A DNA stretch of 64,000 nucleotides from Octopus vulgaris (GCA_951406725.2 OX597831.1:73346001-73410000), one strand, 5' to 3'; numbered from the stretch's first letter, positions 34,975-48,229 are shown. A program made the numbers and translations. Notes: a model not told the origin generated them from the letters alone.

Positions 34975-36599
34975 CCTTTCTACTAAAGGCACAGGGCATG
35001 AAATTTGGAGGAAGGGGACCAGTCAATTACATTGACCTCAATGTTTCACTGGTACTTGATTTATTGACCCCTGAAAGGATGAAAGGTAAAGCCAACCTCA
35101 ACGGGATTTGAACTCAGAACGATGCTGCTAAGCATTTTGCCCGGTGTGCTAAATGATACCACCAGCTTGCTGCAATAATAATGATAATACTAATACTAAT
35201 AAAAATGATGATAATAATGACTGAGGTGGGCAATAGATTGGTATATACTTTGTGGTATATTCACCTGTATCAATCTGTGGTCTGGATTTGAAATCTAGTT
35301 GAAGCTGACTTTATCTTGGATCCTGAAGGGTCTAAGATATATTCTTAAGGGTTGCTTACTAAAGTAAGTACCAGTCATCTATTGGGTCATTTTCACTGAT
35401 AGTCTCCCTACCTCCCACCCTTAACTAATTTACAGTCTGGTGTAAAATGTAAAATATTTTAACCCCTAGTTGGGATGATGATGATGATGATGATGAAGGC
35501 CAAATTAATCCGGAAGTGACATTAGCATTTTTTTTCTGTTGGAAAAAAGGAACGACAGTATTCTATGTTATACCAGTAATATACTGGGGAGAGATCACGG
35601 GTAGGATGGGGGATGTTGACAGAGTTGAATTCCAAATTTTTATAATTTATCTTACAACAACTTTGTTCTCGCCTTTTAACATTTGGTGTCTGTCTAATTA
35701 ACACAAGAATTAATTATTGATGTGAATGTGTCTGTGCGTGAGATGGGGGGGGGGGAGAGAGAGTGAGCATGTGTGGGTTTAATTGCTGACAAGAAGTTTA
35801 CTGCTCCCCTAGTCCCCTTTCTCAAAAACTCAGGGTAGAGGCAGATGGCCCCAAGGTGAATAAAGTACCAGATGATCAGTACTCTAAATCAGTTGCATTT
35901 CTCCTGTACTCTCGTACTCACTAACTGATGACCAGGCTGAAGGACAGTGTGACCTCTTGTCATCTCTTGTTGCAATTGTCTTATTTGGTTCTGGGTTATT
36001 ATCCTAAAAAAATCTCCCCCAGTTTCACTACACCAGCATCTATGGAGAGATAGGAATCGGGGGCAGATCTTCTGGTGGTGGGTTTGGGTTTTTTTTTTTG
36101 TTCTCTCCCCTTTGGTTTGTCACAATATATACTGGTTCTCTGTCCATCAGTTGGTCAGGTGGCTGCAGCCGCAGATCTGTTTCCCTTTCATTCTCACATG
36201 TGGCTTAATACCATGAAGTTGGAGTTAGGCACCCAATCCAGCATCAACGCCCCCGCCACTACTACCACCACCATCACCACCACTACTATCATCATCATCA
36301 TCATTATCATCATCATCAGTCGTTGTCTGAAATCCTTTACTGCTGATTCTTAATAAACACACATTCTTTATGTTGAAACCCCTCGTTGTTCCACCTGGTC
36401 CCTCGCTGATTGCAATCAAAGCTGAGAAATGACTGAGGTGGAGGGAAGGGTGTGATTTTTTTTTCTTCTTTCATTGTTTATGGGGAAAATAAAGGGTCTC
36501 CTTTTTTTAAAACTTTTATCAGGGAAAGGCATGAATGTCATAACTCACAAATGTTTTCTTTTTGTCCCTTAAGTTTCTTAATTTTCAAGTGAGTATGAC

Positions 36600-36644
<45 letters not shown>

Positions 36645-36840
36645 GGCTGTTGACTGGCAGAATAGTGGTGGTATTCATTCTGGCTCTCTTACATTCTGAG
36701 TTTGAATTCTGCTGAGGTCAGTTTTTGCCTTCCATGCTTTTGCAGTTGATATAATAAAATAACAGCCAGGTACAGGGGTTGATGTAATAGACTTTCCCCT
36801 TCTCCTCTAAATTGCAGGCCTTGTGCCAAAATTTGAAAGC
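32437..36840. mobile_element. Cluster of old family B-like SINEs in both orientations (32437+, 33617+, 34540-, 35000-, 36650+), mostly beside (TAA)n
   Basis: Degenerate gctggcagaat..ttagca..gagttca..tttcatcc..agtaccag motifs. Confidence 0.7.
33791..34375 (-). mobile_element. Dong/R4-clade (restriction-like endonuclease) LINE 3' fragment in a (TAA)n tract, internally deleted
   Basis: Minus-strand WQEKPLHGKY..EIDKEKS|KYKDLEIEVTQMW..IPIIVGALG..IQKIALLGTAHILRRTL. (TTA)n on both sides, the known Dong target. Confidence 0.85.
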
Positions 36841-37758
36841 AGATTCAGGGGCGGGAATAACTTGATCAACAGAGGAGCCCCTGCTATATTGATTCCATAC
36901 GGGATCTTAAAGGACAGTTTGTGGGGTTTTAAATAATCCTATCACAACTAACTTTATCCTATTAAGGGTCTCTAATATACCTGACTATGTAGGGACTAGA
37001 ATTAATAGAGCTTTCGGCAAAATGCCTTGTGGTTATTTAGTTCAAATCTTGACCAACTTCACTCCCTTTCATTTTGGCAATTTTTCCAAAAATATAATTT
37101 TGAGGTAAAAAAAAATTTGATTTTCCTCTTCAAGATAGTGCTTCAGGATGGCCACAACCCAGTGAGTGAAGCTAATCAGATAGTTACAGACTCTACTGAA
37201 TGAAGTGCTCCAGTATGGCTACAGCCCATACTTGAGCACCTGTCTTGCAATGGCAGATTTCACAGATCTAGATTCCACTAGTTTCCACATTTCCAATAAA
37301 AGATAAAATCAAGACCAACATGCTGTGCCTCTCAATTAGTGTCTCATATTAATTGCAGATAATTACTAAGTTCGTTATTGTTGTTAAGCACTATAAGCAT
37401 CCAATTTGAGTTGGTAATTAATCTTAGTAATTTGATGTTTTGCAAGGGATGTTTATATTTCTACATATATATTCTAGCAATATGTACACCCACTGTGTGT
37501 GTGTGTGTGTGTGTTTGTGTGGTAAAATTGATGAAGGGTACAGTGAACTTGTCATGGGAGAAAAGTTGAAAGAGAAATTTATTTTTCTCTCCTCAACTTT
37601 TACCTGAAGAAGAACTCTGACTCAACATTGGATTTTCCATTCCTCACGGCAAGTTCACTGAATTCTTTATCAATTTTACCTCGTAAGTCTTTCTCATGCA
37701 GACCAATGCCAGCTCTTCAGAGTCTGTTTAACTACACGTGTGTGTATACACACACACA

Positions 37759-37806
<48 letters not shown>

Positions 37807-38560
37807 ATGTCTTTGAAGGATCACTCGTGGCAAGTAGCTTTGAGCTGTGATAACTGAATAAACTCTTCATAGTTTGAATATTCTTTCCTCTGTCTGCACA
37901 TCCAAATGTGTGTGACTATGTGTATATTGTGTGTATGCGCACACACACACATACACACACAGAGCTTCATATAGGAACAGCATAAACTAATAGCAAAACA
38001 GATTTTGCAAAATAGGCGTCTCATATGCCTGTGTTTCAGTATTAACTGTCTGGACAAATATATAATTACTTCAGGCAGAACTGGGTAAGATATTGAGACA
38101 CTTTTGCTTTTCCCAGCATTATTACTTCTTCTACATAAAGCAAAGAAGCTTCCTTTGGGATTTGAAAGCTGACTTCTAGAATGGTCCGGCTAATGCTTAC
38201 CTGCTAATCTTTGTCGATTGTTGTGTGTTCACCGATTTTAGGGGTTTCTCTTCCTCCTTTGTGCTTTCCAACCTCCAGAGCCAAGATGAGGTTTTGTAGA
38301 CTCCTGGGCTACAAATAGCATGAGGGGGGGGGGGGGGGCTAACACTTTTATTTTCAATAACTCACTCTTTAGAGGTCCTTCAATCCAATCTCAGTTGGTA
38401 GAAGTCCCATCAGCTAACAGACACTCTTAACTGGTGGAGACTCCTCATGGCTGGCAGAGGTGCCATCCAAGCTGACAGAGACATCCATCTAATTGGCATA
38501 GGACCTCACCCCTGGTGAAGGTCCCTCATTCTCATGCCTTAATCTGGACTTTTCCATCTT

Positions 38561-38604
<44 letters not shown>

Positions 38605-39440
38605 CCTCTTATCTACCCCCATTCCACCTCCAACAACTTCTCTGTGTGTGTGTGTCTCTCTCTCTCTCTTCATCAGAGAAGTTTGATTAATTACACAATT
38701 AACTACTCTGATCTGTTGACCCCAAAGGTCATCTTTACCCCCTCCCCCTTTCTGAAAAATATTGTAAATAATCTGAAATTTTTTGTACGTGGAGGCACGG
38801 GGAGTGATGATTTTTTCCCTCAATTTAAAAAGGTAACAAAGAATTTTTTATCTTTATTTATATTTTTTCAAGTCTTTTTGTTTTTTTTTTAAATTCAAAA
38901 TTTTCTTAATTTCCTTTTTCTTTGTTTTTATTATTATTTTTCTTGTTGACCTTAAATTTACCAAATGTGATATTTCTTATTGAAAATACTGATATTATTA
39001 TTATTAGTAATAATAATAACAATAACAATAATAATAATAATGATAATCTTTGCAATGAATAAAACATTAAATTTTTCAATTTAAAAGTTTTTTTTTTATT
39101 TTTACTTCATTTTCTTTCTTTTCCTTTCTTTTATGAGTGAATATTTTTGTTTAGTTTTTATTTTTAACTCTGCTTTTTTCAAGAGAAAATTTGTTTATTC
39201 TTTCTGCTGCCCAACATTTTTTGAAAGCACTTTTACCGTTTCTATATAGGTTGTGCTCCCAGCATGGCCTCAACTGCAATGGCTGAAATAAGCCAAAGAA
39301 CTGTCGTACATCCATTGCGACAGGTTCTGAATTTATTTGTGTATAAATGTTCTTTAAATTCATTGTTGCCCGATGAATTGAAAAAGGGAGCTTTGGAACA
39401 TATCAATGAAGTTTCAGTTACAATTACAAATAGCAGCTGA

Positions 39441-39469
39441 ATATATATATATATGTATGTATATGTATG

Positions 39470-39513
<44 letters not shown>

Positions 39514-39930
39514 CATGTATATATATGTATGCATGTATATATATATGTATGCATGTATATATATGTATGTATGTATGCATATGTATGTATATATATGTAT
39601 GTATATGTATATATATATGTATATGTGTATATGTGTATATATATGTGTATATATGTATATATATGTGTATATATGTATATATATGTGTATATATATGTGT
39701 ATATATATATATATGTATATATATGTGTATATATGTATATATATGTGTATATATATATATATATATGTGTGTGTGTATATTGATATGTGTGTATATATAT
39801 ATATATATGTGTGTGTGTGTATATAGATATGTGTGTATATATATATATATATGTGTGTGTGTGTATATAGATATGTGTGTATATATATATATATACATAC
39901 ACACATATATACACACACACACACACATAT
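39441..39930. repeat. (TA)n/(TG)n compound microsatellite
   Basis: Directly visible. Confidence 0.95.
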
Positions 39931-40348
39931 AACTTTACACTGCACTTTTGTTTATGTTTGGATGCAATAACATGCATTTATAATGGTGCATTTTATATAT
40001 GTATATATATATATGTGTGTGTGTGTGTTGTTTTATTTTACAGATTGAATGTTTTAGTAAAGAAACTTTGTCTTTGCTAATTCATAACTAGTTCTTCATA
40101 ATAGTCTTACCTTTTTTTTCTTCTTTTTTTTTTCTTTTTCCTACCTCCTAAACCCTTGATACCTCACATTCTTCTCTTTAACAAAGAGAACTGTCTTGAA
40201 TTCCTCATTGAAGCCTCATGGTCTGTGAGTTTTAAAACCTTGTTGCATCCACGGCTCTGTTGTGTTTCACTCGACAGAAACTCTCTCCACCATCTTTCTC
40301 ATCACCAAATAAGATTTCGGATTACCAATTTGACAGGTTTTGGTTTAA

Positions 40349-40438
40349 TCCTTTAGCATTCAGATTATTCTCACCAGCTTTAAACATAAAACAGGTAAAA
40401 TATTTGGGTTGGATTTGGCTGCTCTAAATGCTAAAGGC
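40349..40438. mobile_element. Internally deleted piggyBac-type MITE family 1
   Basis: TTAA-tcctttagcatt ... aatgctaaaggc-TTAA. Confidence 0.75.
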
Positions 40439-41702
40439 TTAAAATCATCAAAAGTTTTGTCTGATATGCAAGACAATTATTCCAGTTTAGAGAAATCTAC
40501 TTGTGAGGAACTGGTATCCTATCCCAGAAAAATTGGTCTCATTCAATAGACACCAGTCATGAAAGTGTTAAGGTTAACTTAATGCAGGTTTGGACCTGTC
40601 GAGTATTTCCCATTTGGCATGTTCCACTTTGCATGGCCAAATGTTTACGGTCTTGGACGACTGGTTCATATTTTCAATGGGCAGGTTTGAAATCTTGCCT
40701 ATTTTGACATCAGGGTTATCCTTAGGAATAAGGCTCTAGTTGATCTAGGCCTTCTTGTGTACCTCTTCATTATGTTTGGCAGGGATGGAGTTCCCCAGCT
40801 GAAAAATGTACTGGAAATAGCCGAATGCAACAGAACAGACAGTAAACTTCTTACATTTGTTTTCTGTGTTTGTATCGGTTGGAAGGTTCAACAGGATCCA
40901 GGGAACTGCAGGGCTGTGCTGAAGAATCCCGTTGTCTTCTTTGGCTGGATGCCTTCCTAATTAATGCCAGCTTCTTCACAAAGTGTTACTGGATGCTTCT
41001 TACAAGGCACTGGCACTAACTTGCTGCAAGACAGGAAATCCTGCTGTTGTAAACTTGACCTTTCATCTTTCCAAGGTCAATAAAATACCAATTAGACACA
41101 GGTGTTAACATAATCGAATTTTCACCACCACCCCACAAATCTCTGGCCTTGTATCTATATAAGAAATTCCATCTAATTTGATGTTAGATCTTTAATGAGA
41201 TTGAGGATCTTGGCTCTTTCTAACGGGTAGCTTAAATTCCGGATACAATTTCTGAGAGAAAAAACCCACATAATATTCTTAGTTCTTGAAAGAATTTCTC
41301 TGATAAACATTACTGCAAACCCTTGTTTTGCACCAATAAGCAAGCAGGAACTGTAAAAGACTCTCCACATATTTCCTAGAAACCTGAGTGTTTAGTTGGT
41401 TATGATTACTTCAAACTTCCTGTGTTTTCACAAACCACACGTAACCTACAGATTTTCCTTTATGTACTCCTCGGTGCACATGTACCCTGGTTTGATAACC
41501 CACTGACTTAAGACCACAAAAACAGGAGCTCAGCAGCACAAACAAGTGCCCCAGCAGTTGTTTTGGGGTTTTGATAATGTTTATATTTCTCTCCAAGGTT
41601 GCAAGTCGGTTGTAAGGGGCTGATTTATGTTTAGAACAACACAAACAACATCCTTTGAGTTTGTTTTATAGAAGTGAGGGTGTGTGTGTGTGTGTAGGAG
41701 AA

Positions 41703-41925
41703 GAGCTGGCAGAAACGTTAGCACGCCGGGCGAAATGCGTAGCCGTATTTCATCTGCCGTTACGTTCTGAGTTCAAATTCCGCTGAGGTCGACTTTGCCT
41801 TTCATCCTTTTGGGGTCGATAAATTAAGTACCAGTTACGCACTGGGGTCGATGTAATCGACTTAATCCGTTTGTCCTTATTTGTCCCTTCTGTGTTTAGC
41901 CCCTTGTGGGAAGTAAAAGAAATAA
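41703..41925 (+). mobile_element. Young SINE family B copy
   Basis: Near-identical to the 20352 and 57912 copies. Confidence 0.9.
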
Positions 41926-42059
41926 GTCCCCAGTTTGAGTTCAGTCCCTGTGTATGCTCTTTTGTAAAGTTAGATTTTATTTTTAGCTTTTTTCTTTTTT
42001 TACAAAATTCAATTTTTGTTTTAAGTCTGTGCTCTGTCCCCTAACTCAGACCCTGGTTT

Positions 42060-42296
42060 CTTCACATTACTATGTAAAGGGCACAGGGCTGCTTTTCCAG
42101 TTTGCCCGGCATATTTCTGCCTGGATGGGACGCCAGTCTTTCGCAGGATTGCTCCCTTTTATCAGCAGAGTGGACTGGAGCAACATGAAATGAAGGGTTT
42201 TGCTCAAGAACACAACACATCGCCCAGTCCAGGAATTGAAACCACAATCTTACGATGGTGAGTCCAACACTGTAACCAGTGAGTCATGCACCTCCA
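42060..42296 (-). mobile_element. SINE family C (tRNA head plus Meta/V-like domain)
   Basis: Minus-strand tggaggtgcatgactcactggtt..ggtttcaattcc..gtgttcttgagcaaaac. Confidence 0.75.
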
Positions 42297-42508
42297 TTAC
42301 TCAGACCCCCATTCCTGCAAAATTGATGTCCATGTGTACCCTGAGGTTTCAATGAGGAGGTTGTGGGTCCAATCTGTGTTCCCGTTTTTAAATGCAGAAG
42401 ATTGGAAAGACTAAAGGGAAACAAATAAAAAAGAAAAGAAAAAAATTGTGAATAAAACCTGTTTATTTGAACTTTGCAACGTGAAGGAAAAAAAAAAACT
42501 CTTTATTT

Positions 42509-42541
<33 letters not shown>

Positions 42542-42779
42542 AATACATACATTGCTAGACACATCTTTGCATTCACATGCAATGACACGCATTCGATGCT
42601 TGCAACCATATACACAATGCATGTGATAACATGCATGCAATGCACACACGATTGCGAAAGAAAGGTGTGCAGCTGTGCAGGTGACAATACAGTCGTACAC
42701 ATGTATATCACCACTTGTATGACCATTGATGCAGGCAGTCATACACACAGGCTCATGCATATATACACTCTTATACATG

Positions 42780-43391
42780 CATACATATATGTATATATGT
42801 ATATATATGTATATGTATATATGTATATATATATGTATATGTATATATGTATGTATATATATATATATGTATATGTGTATATATGTATATATATGTGTGT
42901 ATATGTATATGTGTATATATATATATGTGTGTATATGTATATGTGTGTATATGTATATGTGTATATATATATATATGTGTATATGTATATGTGTATATAT
43001 ATATATGTGTGTATATGTATATGTGTGTATATTTATGTGTATATGTATGTGTATATATATATGTGTATATGTATATGTGTGTATATGTATATATATATGT
43101 ATGTATATATGTGTGTATATGTATATATATATGTATGTATATATGTGTGTATATGTATATATATATATGTATGTATATGTGTGTATATGTATATATATAT
43201 ATATGTATGTATATGTATAAATGTATGTATATGTATATATGTATATATGTATATATATGTGTATATGTATATATATGTGTATGTGTATATATATGTGTAT
43301 ATGTATATATGTGTATATATATGTGTATGTGTATATATGTATGTGTATATATATGTATGTATATATATGTGTATGTGTATATATGTATGTG

Positions 43392-43442
<51 letters not shown>

Positions 43443-43575
43443 GTAATATATATATGTATGTATATATATATGTAATATATGTATGTATATATATATATAT
43501 GTATGTATATATATATATATGTATGTATATATATATATGTGTATATATGTATATATGTGTACATATATATATACA
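42780..43575. repeat. (TA)n/(TATG)n/(TG)n compound microsatellite
   Basis: Directly visible. Confidence 0.95.
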
Positions 43576-43841
43576 CAAACATATTCAAATCACAGCTGCA
43601 CACACACAAACGCACACATACTTTCTCTCTCACACACTCTCAGTAAAACCCCAAAACAAACCACAAGGTTCACTCGGTGACTGGAATCTTTTTTCCTTTT
43701 TGTCCAAGAAGCTGTGAGAAGATGCGTTGTGGTGTTCACGCAGTGTCATAATAGATGTTAACTGTTGTAGAGGATGGCGGGGAAATGTTCTTGTTGTTGT
43801 TACCAAAATGTGCCAAATTCTCTCTCACTTGCTGGAATGTT

Positions 43842-43872
<31 letters not shown>

Positions 43873-43988
43873 TAGCCAAAAAATATGGCAAAAATATGAA
43901 AAAGAAAAAAACTTTTAGTTTTACTATTTGTTTGTTGCCGGATCCAGTTTCACTTAATCTGAATGATTGTTATTGCTTTTATTTTATA

Positions 43989-44027
<39 letters not shown>

Positions 44028-44100
44028 CCATGCTAGCATGGAAAGTGGACGTTAAACGATGATGATGATATACACACAAGTATGTGTGTGTGTGTATGTG

Positions 44101-44133
<33 letters not shown>

Positions 44134-45116
44134 TTATATTGTGTGTATGTTTGAGTGTGTATATATAATATACACAGTATATGTGTGGGTGCATGTATAT
44201 ATATATATGTATACACAGAGTATGTGTGTGTATATATATATATATACATACATATGTATATGATAAATAGAGAGAGAGGGAGAGAAAGAAAATGAGAGGG
44301 AACTGAAAAAGGGGTGGGGATGGGTAGATGAAAAACCAATTTCTGTGAAAGTTCTGCAGTTGTTATTGTTATAAACTTTGAAAAAAAAATTCTATGAAAA
44401 CAAATAAATAAAAATGTTAAAAAATGGTTTAAAGAAAAAAGAAGAATAAAACAAATTTGTATATGAAAAGGAAAATGGAAAATTTTGAAAGCGCTGTGCA
44501 CTTGTTTTTTGTTTTAAGCCCTGCCGTGTAGGTTGGATCATGTACGCTGTATCTACGACAGTGTGTATATAATTGTGTGTCTAATTAAATGTGTGTGCGT
44601 GTCTGTATTTCTGTATTTCTGCGTGTGTGTGTGGTATAGGATGATGACGGGGGGGGGGGGGTGCAGTGGGATTTTATAGACAAGCTGAGAGAAGAAGGAT
44701 TGGTTATGTAGCTATTAGACAGTAGTTAGCACTAAGGGCAGCCATGAAATAGGGTCCCTTGGAAGTTGTCTGCTGGCTTCTGATATCTGGGTTGGTGTGT
44801 TTGATAAGGGAAGGGAAAACGCCTTCAGGGGAGCTGGGATGAAGACGGGTTTGTAGGCTTTAGTAACATAAATCTGGACTTGTCTAACAGGATGGGGATG
44901 AAAGGAAGAACAGGGATGTAGCAAACTGGTTTTTGTGGTTTTTATTAATGAGGAGGGGTGGGGGAGGGCCGAGGTTTTGCAGTATTTCAGTGGTAGTGGT
45001 GGCCAATGTTTGTCAGTTAGAAAAGCACTGATTTAGGTGGTGGGGGCCATGTTTGGAAAGCACTGGCAACTCTAATTGAAGTGAGTCGGAAAAAAGTTCT
45101 GGGAGCCATTGATTGG

Positions 45117-45628
45117 GTGCAGGCATGGCCGAGTGGTTAAGAAACTTACTTTCTAGCCATGCAGCTTTGGGTTCAATCTCACTGCATGCCACCTTGGGCA
45201 AGTGTCTTTTACTATTGCCCTGAACTGACCAATGCCTTGTGAGTGGATTTGGTAGATGGAAATTGTGAGGAAGCCTTGTGTGTGTGTGTGTATGTGTGTA
45301 TATATGTGTAGAAAGTTTTTGAAGTGACGTGCAGATGTGCAGGAGTGGCTGTGTGGTAAGTAGCCTTGTGAGTGGATTTGGTAGACGGAAACTGAAAGAA
45401 GCCCGTCGTATATATGTATATATATATGTGTGTGTGTGTGTTTGTCCCCCTAGCATTGCTTGACAACCGATGCTGGTGTGTTTACGTTCCCGTCACTTAG
45501 CGGTTCAGCAAAAGAGACCGATAGAATAAGTACTGGGCTTACAAAGAATAAGTCCCAGGGTTGATTTGCTCGACTAAAGGTGGTGCTCCAGCATGGCCGC
45601 GGTCAAATGACTGAAACAAGTAAAAGAG

Positions 45629-45630
<2 letters not shown>
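45117..45630 (+). mobile_element. Two family A SINE pieces (45117-45290; 45338-45630 with an internal deletion)
   Basis: Similarity to the family A consensus. Confidence 0.85.
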
Positions 45631-45670
<40 letters not shown>

Positions 45671-46710
45671 GCACACATATTTGGGAAGATATTATTGACT
45701 CTATTATTATCTAGTGTAACAATTAAAAATGATAATTACAGAATCAATAATATAGGTGATTGCAGGCCCCAAAAAGGCATTAAATAGCTGAAGGATTAAA
45801 ATTGATCAAATGACATAACTAAGTTTGAGTTTTGACTTATTTCCAGTAGGGAGACATACTTAGTATGTCCTTTAATTTTGATCCTTCAGCTACACATATA
45901 TATATGTATGTATGTATGTGTGTGTGTGTGTGTGCTTGTTTGTGTCCCCACCACCACTTGACAACTGGTGTTTTGTTTATGCCCTGTAACTTAGCAGTTT
46001 GGCAAAAGAAGCTGATAGAATAAGTACTAGGATTGATTTGTTTGACTAAAATCCTACAAGGCAGTGCTCAAGCATGGCCACTATCCAATGACTGAAATGA
46101 GTAAGAGGTGAAGAATAAAAAAAATGCATATCTCTGTTGGCATCAAAGAGATTCTGTCTCTGAGTGAAGGACCAATTGTATGATACTTGTGGACTAAGTG
46201 TGATACTGCAGGGTAAAGAAACATGAGAATTGACTGAGAAAGAAGTGTGAATGGTAGAAGAAAACTGAGGTGGAGAGGTTTAGTTGTGGACAGGAACATC
46301 TAAGTATAAATGGTGTTGAGAGAAGAACTTGGTCTGAAATTGAATACGGTTGTAATGTGTTTGGGAGGAGACTGTGTTGTACAAGGAAGAAGGATAATTG
46401 GGTAAAGAAGTGGTGTCAGGAGATGAATGTTGAAGAGGTAGACCGAGGGAGAGTTGTGCAGGAGTGGTGAAACTCATCTCAGGATGTTGAAGCTTATGAA
46501 AATGAGGACAAAGGAATACTATAAGTGGTGAAACACTGTAAAAAAGCAGACACGTCCAACCCACATAAATACTGGAAAATAGATGTGGAAAATGATATTG
46601 ATGGTGTGTGTGTGTGTATGTGTGCATGTGCACTTGTAGTTTGCATTATATATTTCTATATGTGTGTGTGTGTGTGTGTGTTTACACACACATATATATA
46701 TATATATATA

Positions 46711-47207
46711 TTTCACATTTATGTGTTTACTCCGGTATATATATATATATATACCGGAGTAAACACATAAATGTGAAACAAGGTGGAAAAAAGAGTACTC
46801 AAATACCAGTGGTAGAGTAATATGCTTTATTTAAAAGCAGCAGAAAATTCAACAAAACCTGTTACTCTGAGTTTCACGTTCCTGTTCGTCGGACAGTTTT
46901 TGCTAGAAAAAACTGTCCGACGAACGGGGACGTGAAACTCAGAGTAACAGGTTTTGTTGAATTTTCTGCTGCTTTTAAATAAAGTGTATATATATATATA
47001 TATATATATATATCAGTTTAACACATAACCAAAAGAGCTACAAATAGTTTTATGCTTTTATGATACTTGAAGAGGTATATTTATAAAATATGCCTGTTCA
47101 AGTATCATAAAAGCATGATACTATTTGTAGCTCTTTTGGTTGTGATTTAAATTGATAATTATCTCCCATTGGACGGAGTACTTTTCTGTTGATTCTACCT
47201 CTGCTGG

Positions 47208-47238
<31 letters not shown>

Positions 47239-47617
47239 ACATAATCATATCAAAGGGAAATGGAAATTAATTAAAATTTTCATTTCCAGTGGCCTAACGT
47301 GTAAAAATTTAGTCCAAAGACTATGTATTAGTCATAAAATACAGTGTACATTTAAACACATAAGGAATCCACTTGTGGGGTTCAACATGCTAGAAAGAAC
47401 AGCTAGGTTCCATAACCACAAAATTAGGGATAAAATTCGACAGGAACGAAATGAAAAAAAAAAACATTTTACCATCTAGTTAGTAAAATGTTTTTATTTT
47501 TTCATTTCGTTCCTGTCGAATTTTATCCGTAATTTTGTGGTTCTAGAACCTAGCTATTCTTTCTAGCGTGTTGAATCCCACAAGTGGATTCCTTATGTGT
47601 TTAAATGTACACTGTAT

Positions 47618-47618
<1 letters not shown>
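46711..47618. repeat. Cluster of four fold-back palindromes separated by (TA)n: 46711-46778, 46825-46984, 47011-47157, 47338-47618
   Basis: Arms read as reverse complements with few mismatches. Confidence 0.92.
46909..46955 (+). ncRNA. Type I hammerhead ribozyme motif (PLE/retrozyme type)
   Basis: ctgt-CCGACGA-acg(ggga)cgt-GAA-actc(a)gagt-A-acag: stems I-III and all core positions are present; cleavage predicted after GUA at 46946. Confidence 0.7.
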
Positions 47619-47651
<33 letters not shown>

Positions 47652-47885
47652 GATCGGTGACAAATGTGACACAAAATTTTGTTTAGAAAATAATGCTTAT
47701 CTTCATACATGCACACTTTTATGTATATTTGTGCAATCATGGCTGGTGTGTATGTGTAAATACGTGTATATATTGTTATATAAACTAGTAAATATACTTA
47801 GATGTCTCCTTTTTGCATATTATTTACAATATGATGTAAAAATACAAATGACATGAGAATGTTGAATGGTAGGTGTGGTTTTATA

Positions 47886-47925
<40 letters not shown>

Positions 47926-48229
47926 GTTTGTGTGCACAAATACACATATCTGTATACATATAAAATATACATGTGTGCACATTATATATATATGTATATA
48001 TATATATATATAATGTTACTACTTGATAAATAACTGTTGTGTAAATAAAAATAATAAACTGAATTTTTTTATCTCTGTTTAACAAAATTCAACTTGACTA
48101 CATTTTGTTGTGTAAGTTATTCATGTGACCCTCGACTGGTCGTTCTTTTTCTCTTTGTCTTTTTCTGGTTTTATTTCTGCATGTCTGGCTGTCTGTCTGT
48201 CTGTCTCTGTATTTCTACTTTTCTTCCAT

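Noticed and set aside
38380-38530. Faint ~20-bp periodic repeat (ctggcagaga.ccatc-like)
   Set aside because: Too degenerate to define a unit by eye.
44520-44562. Short hairpin as a candidate pre-miRNA
   Set aside because: The stem is too short and imperfect, and I recognise no mature miRNA.
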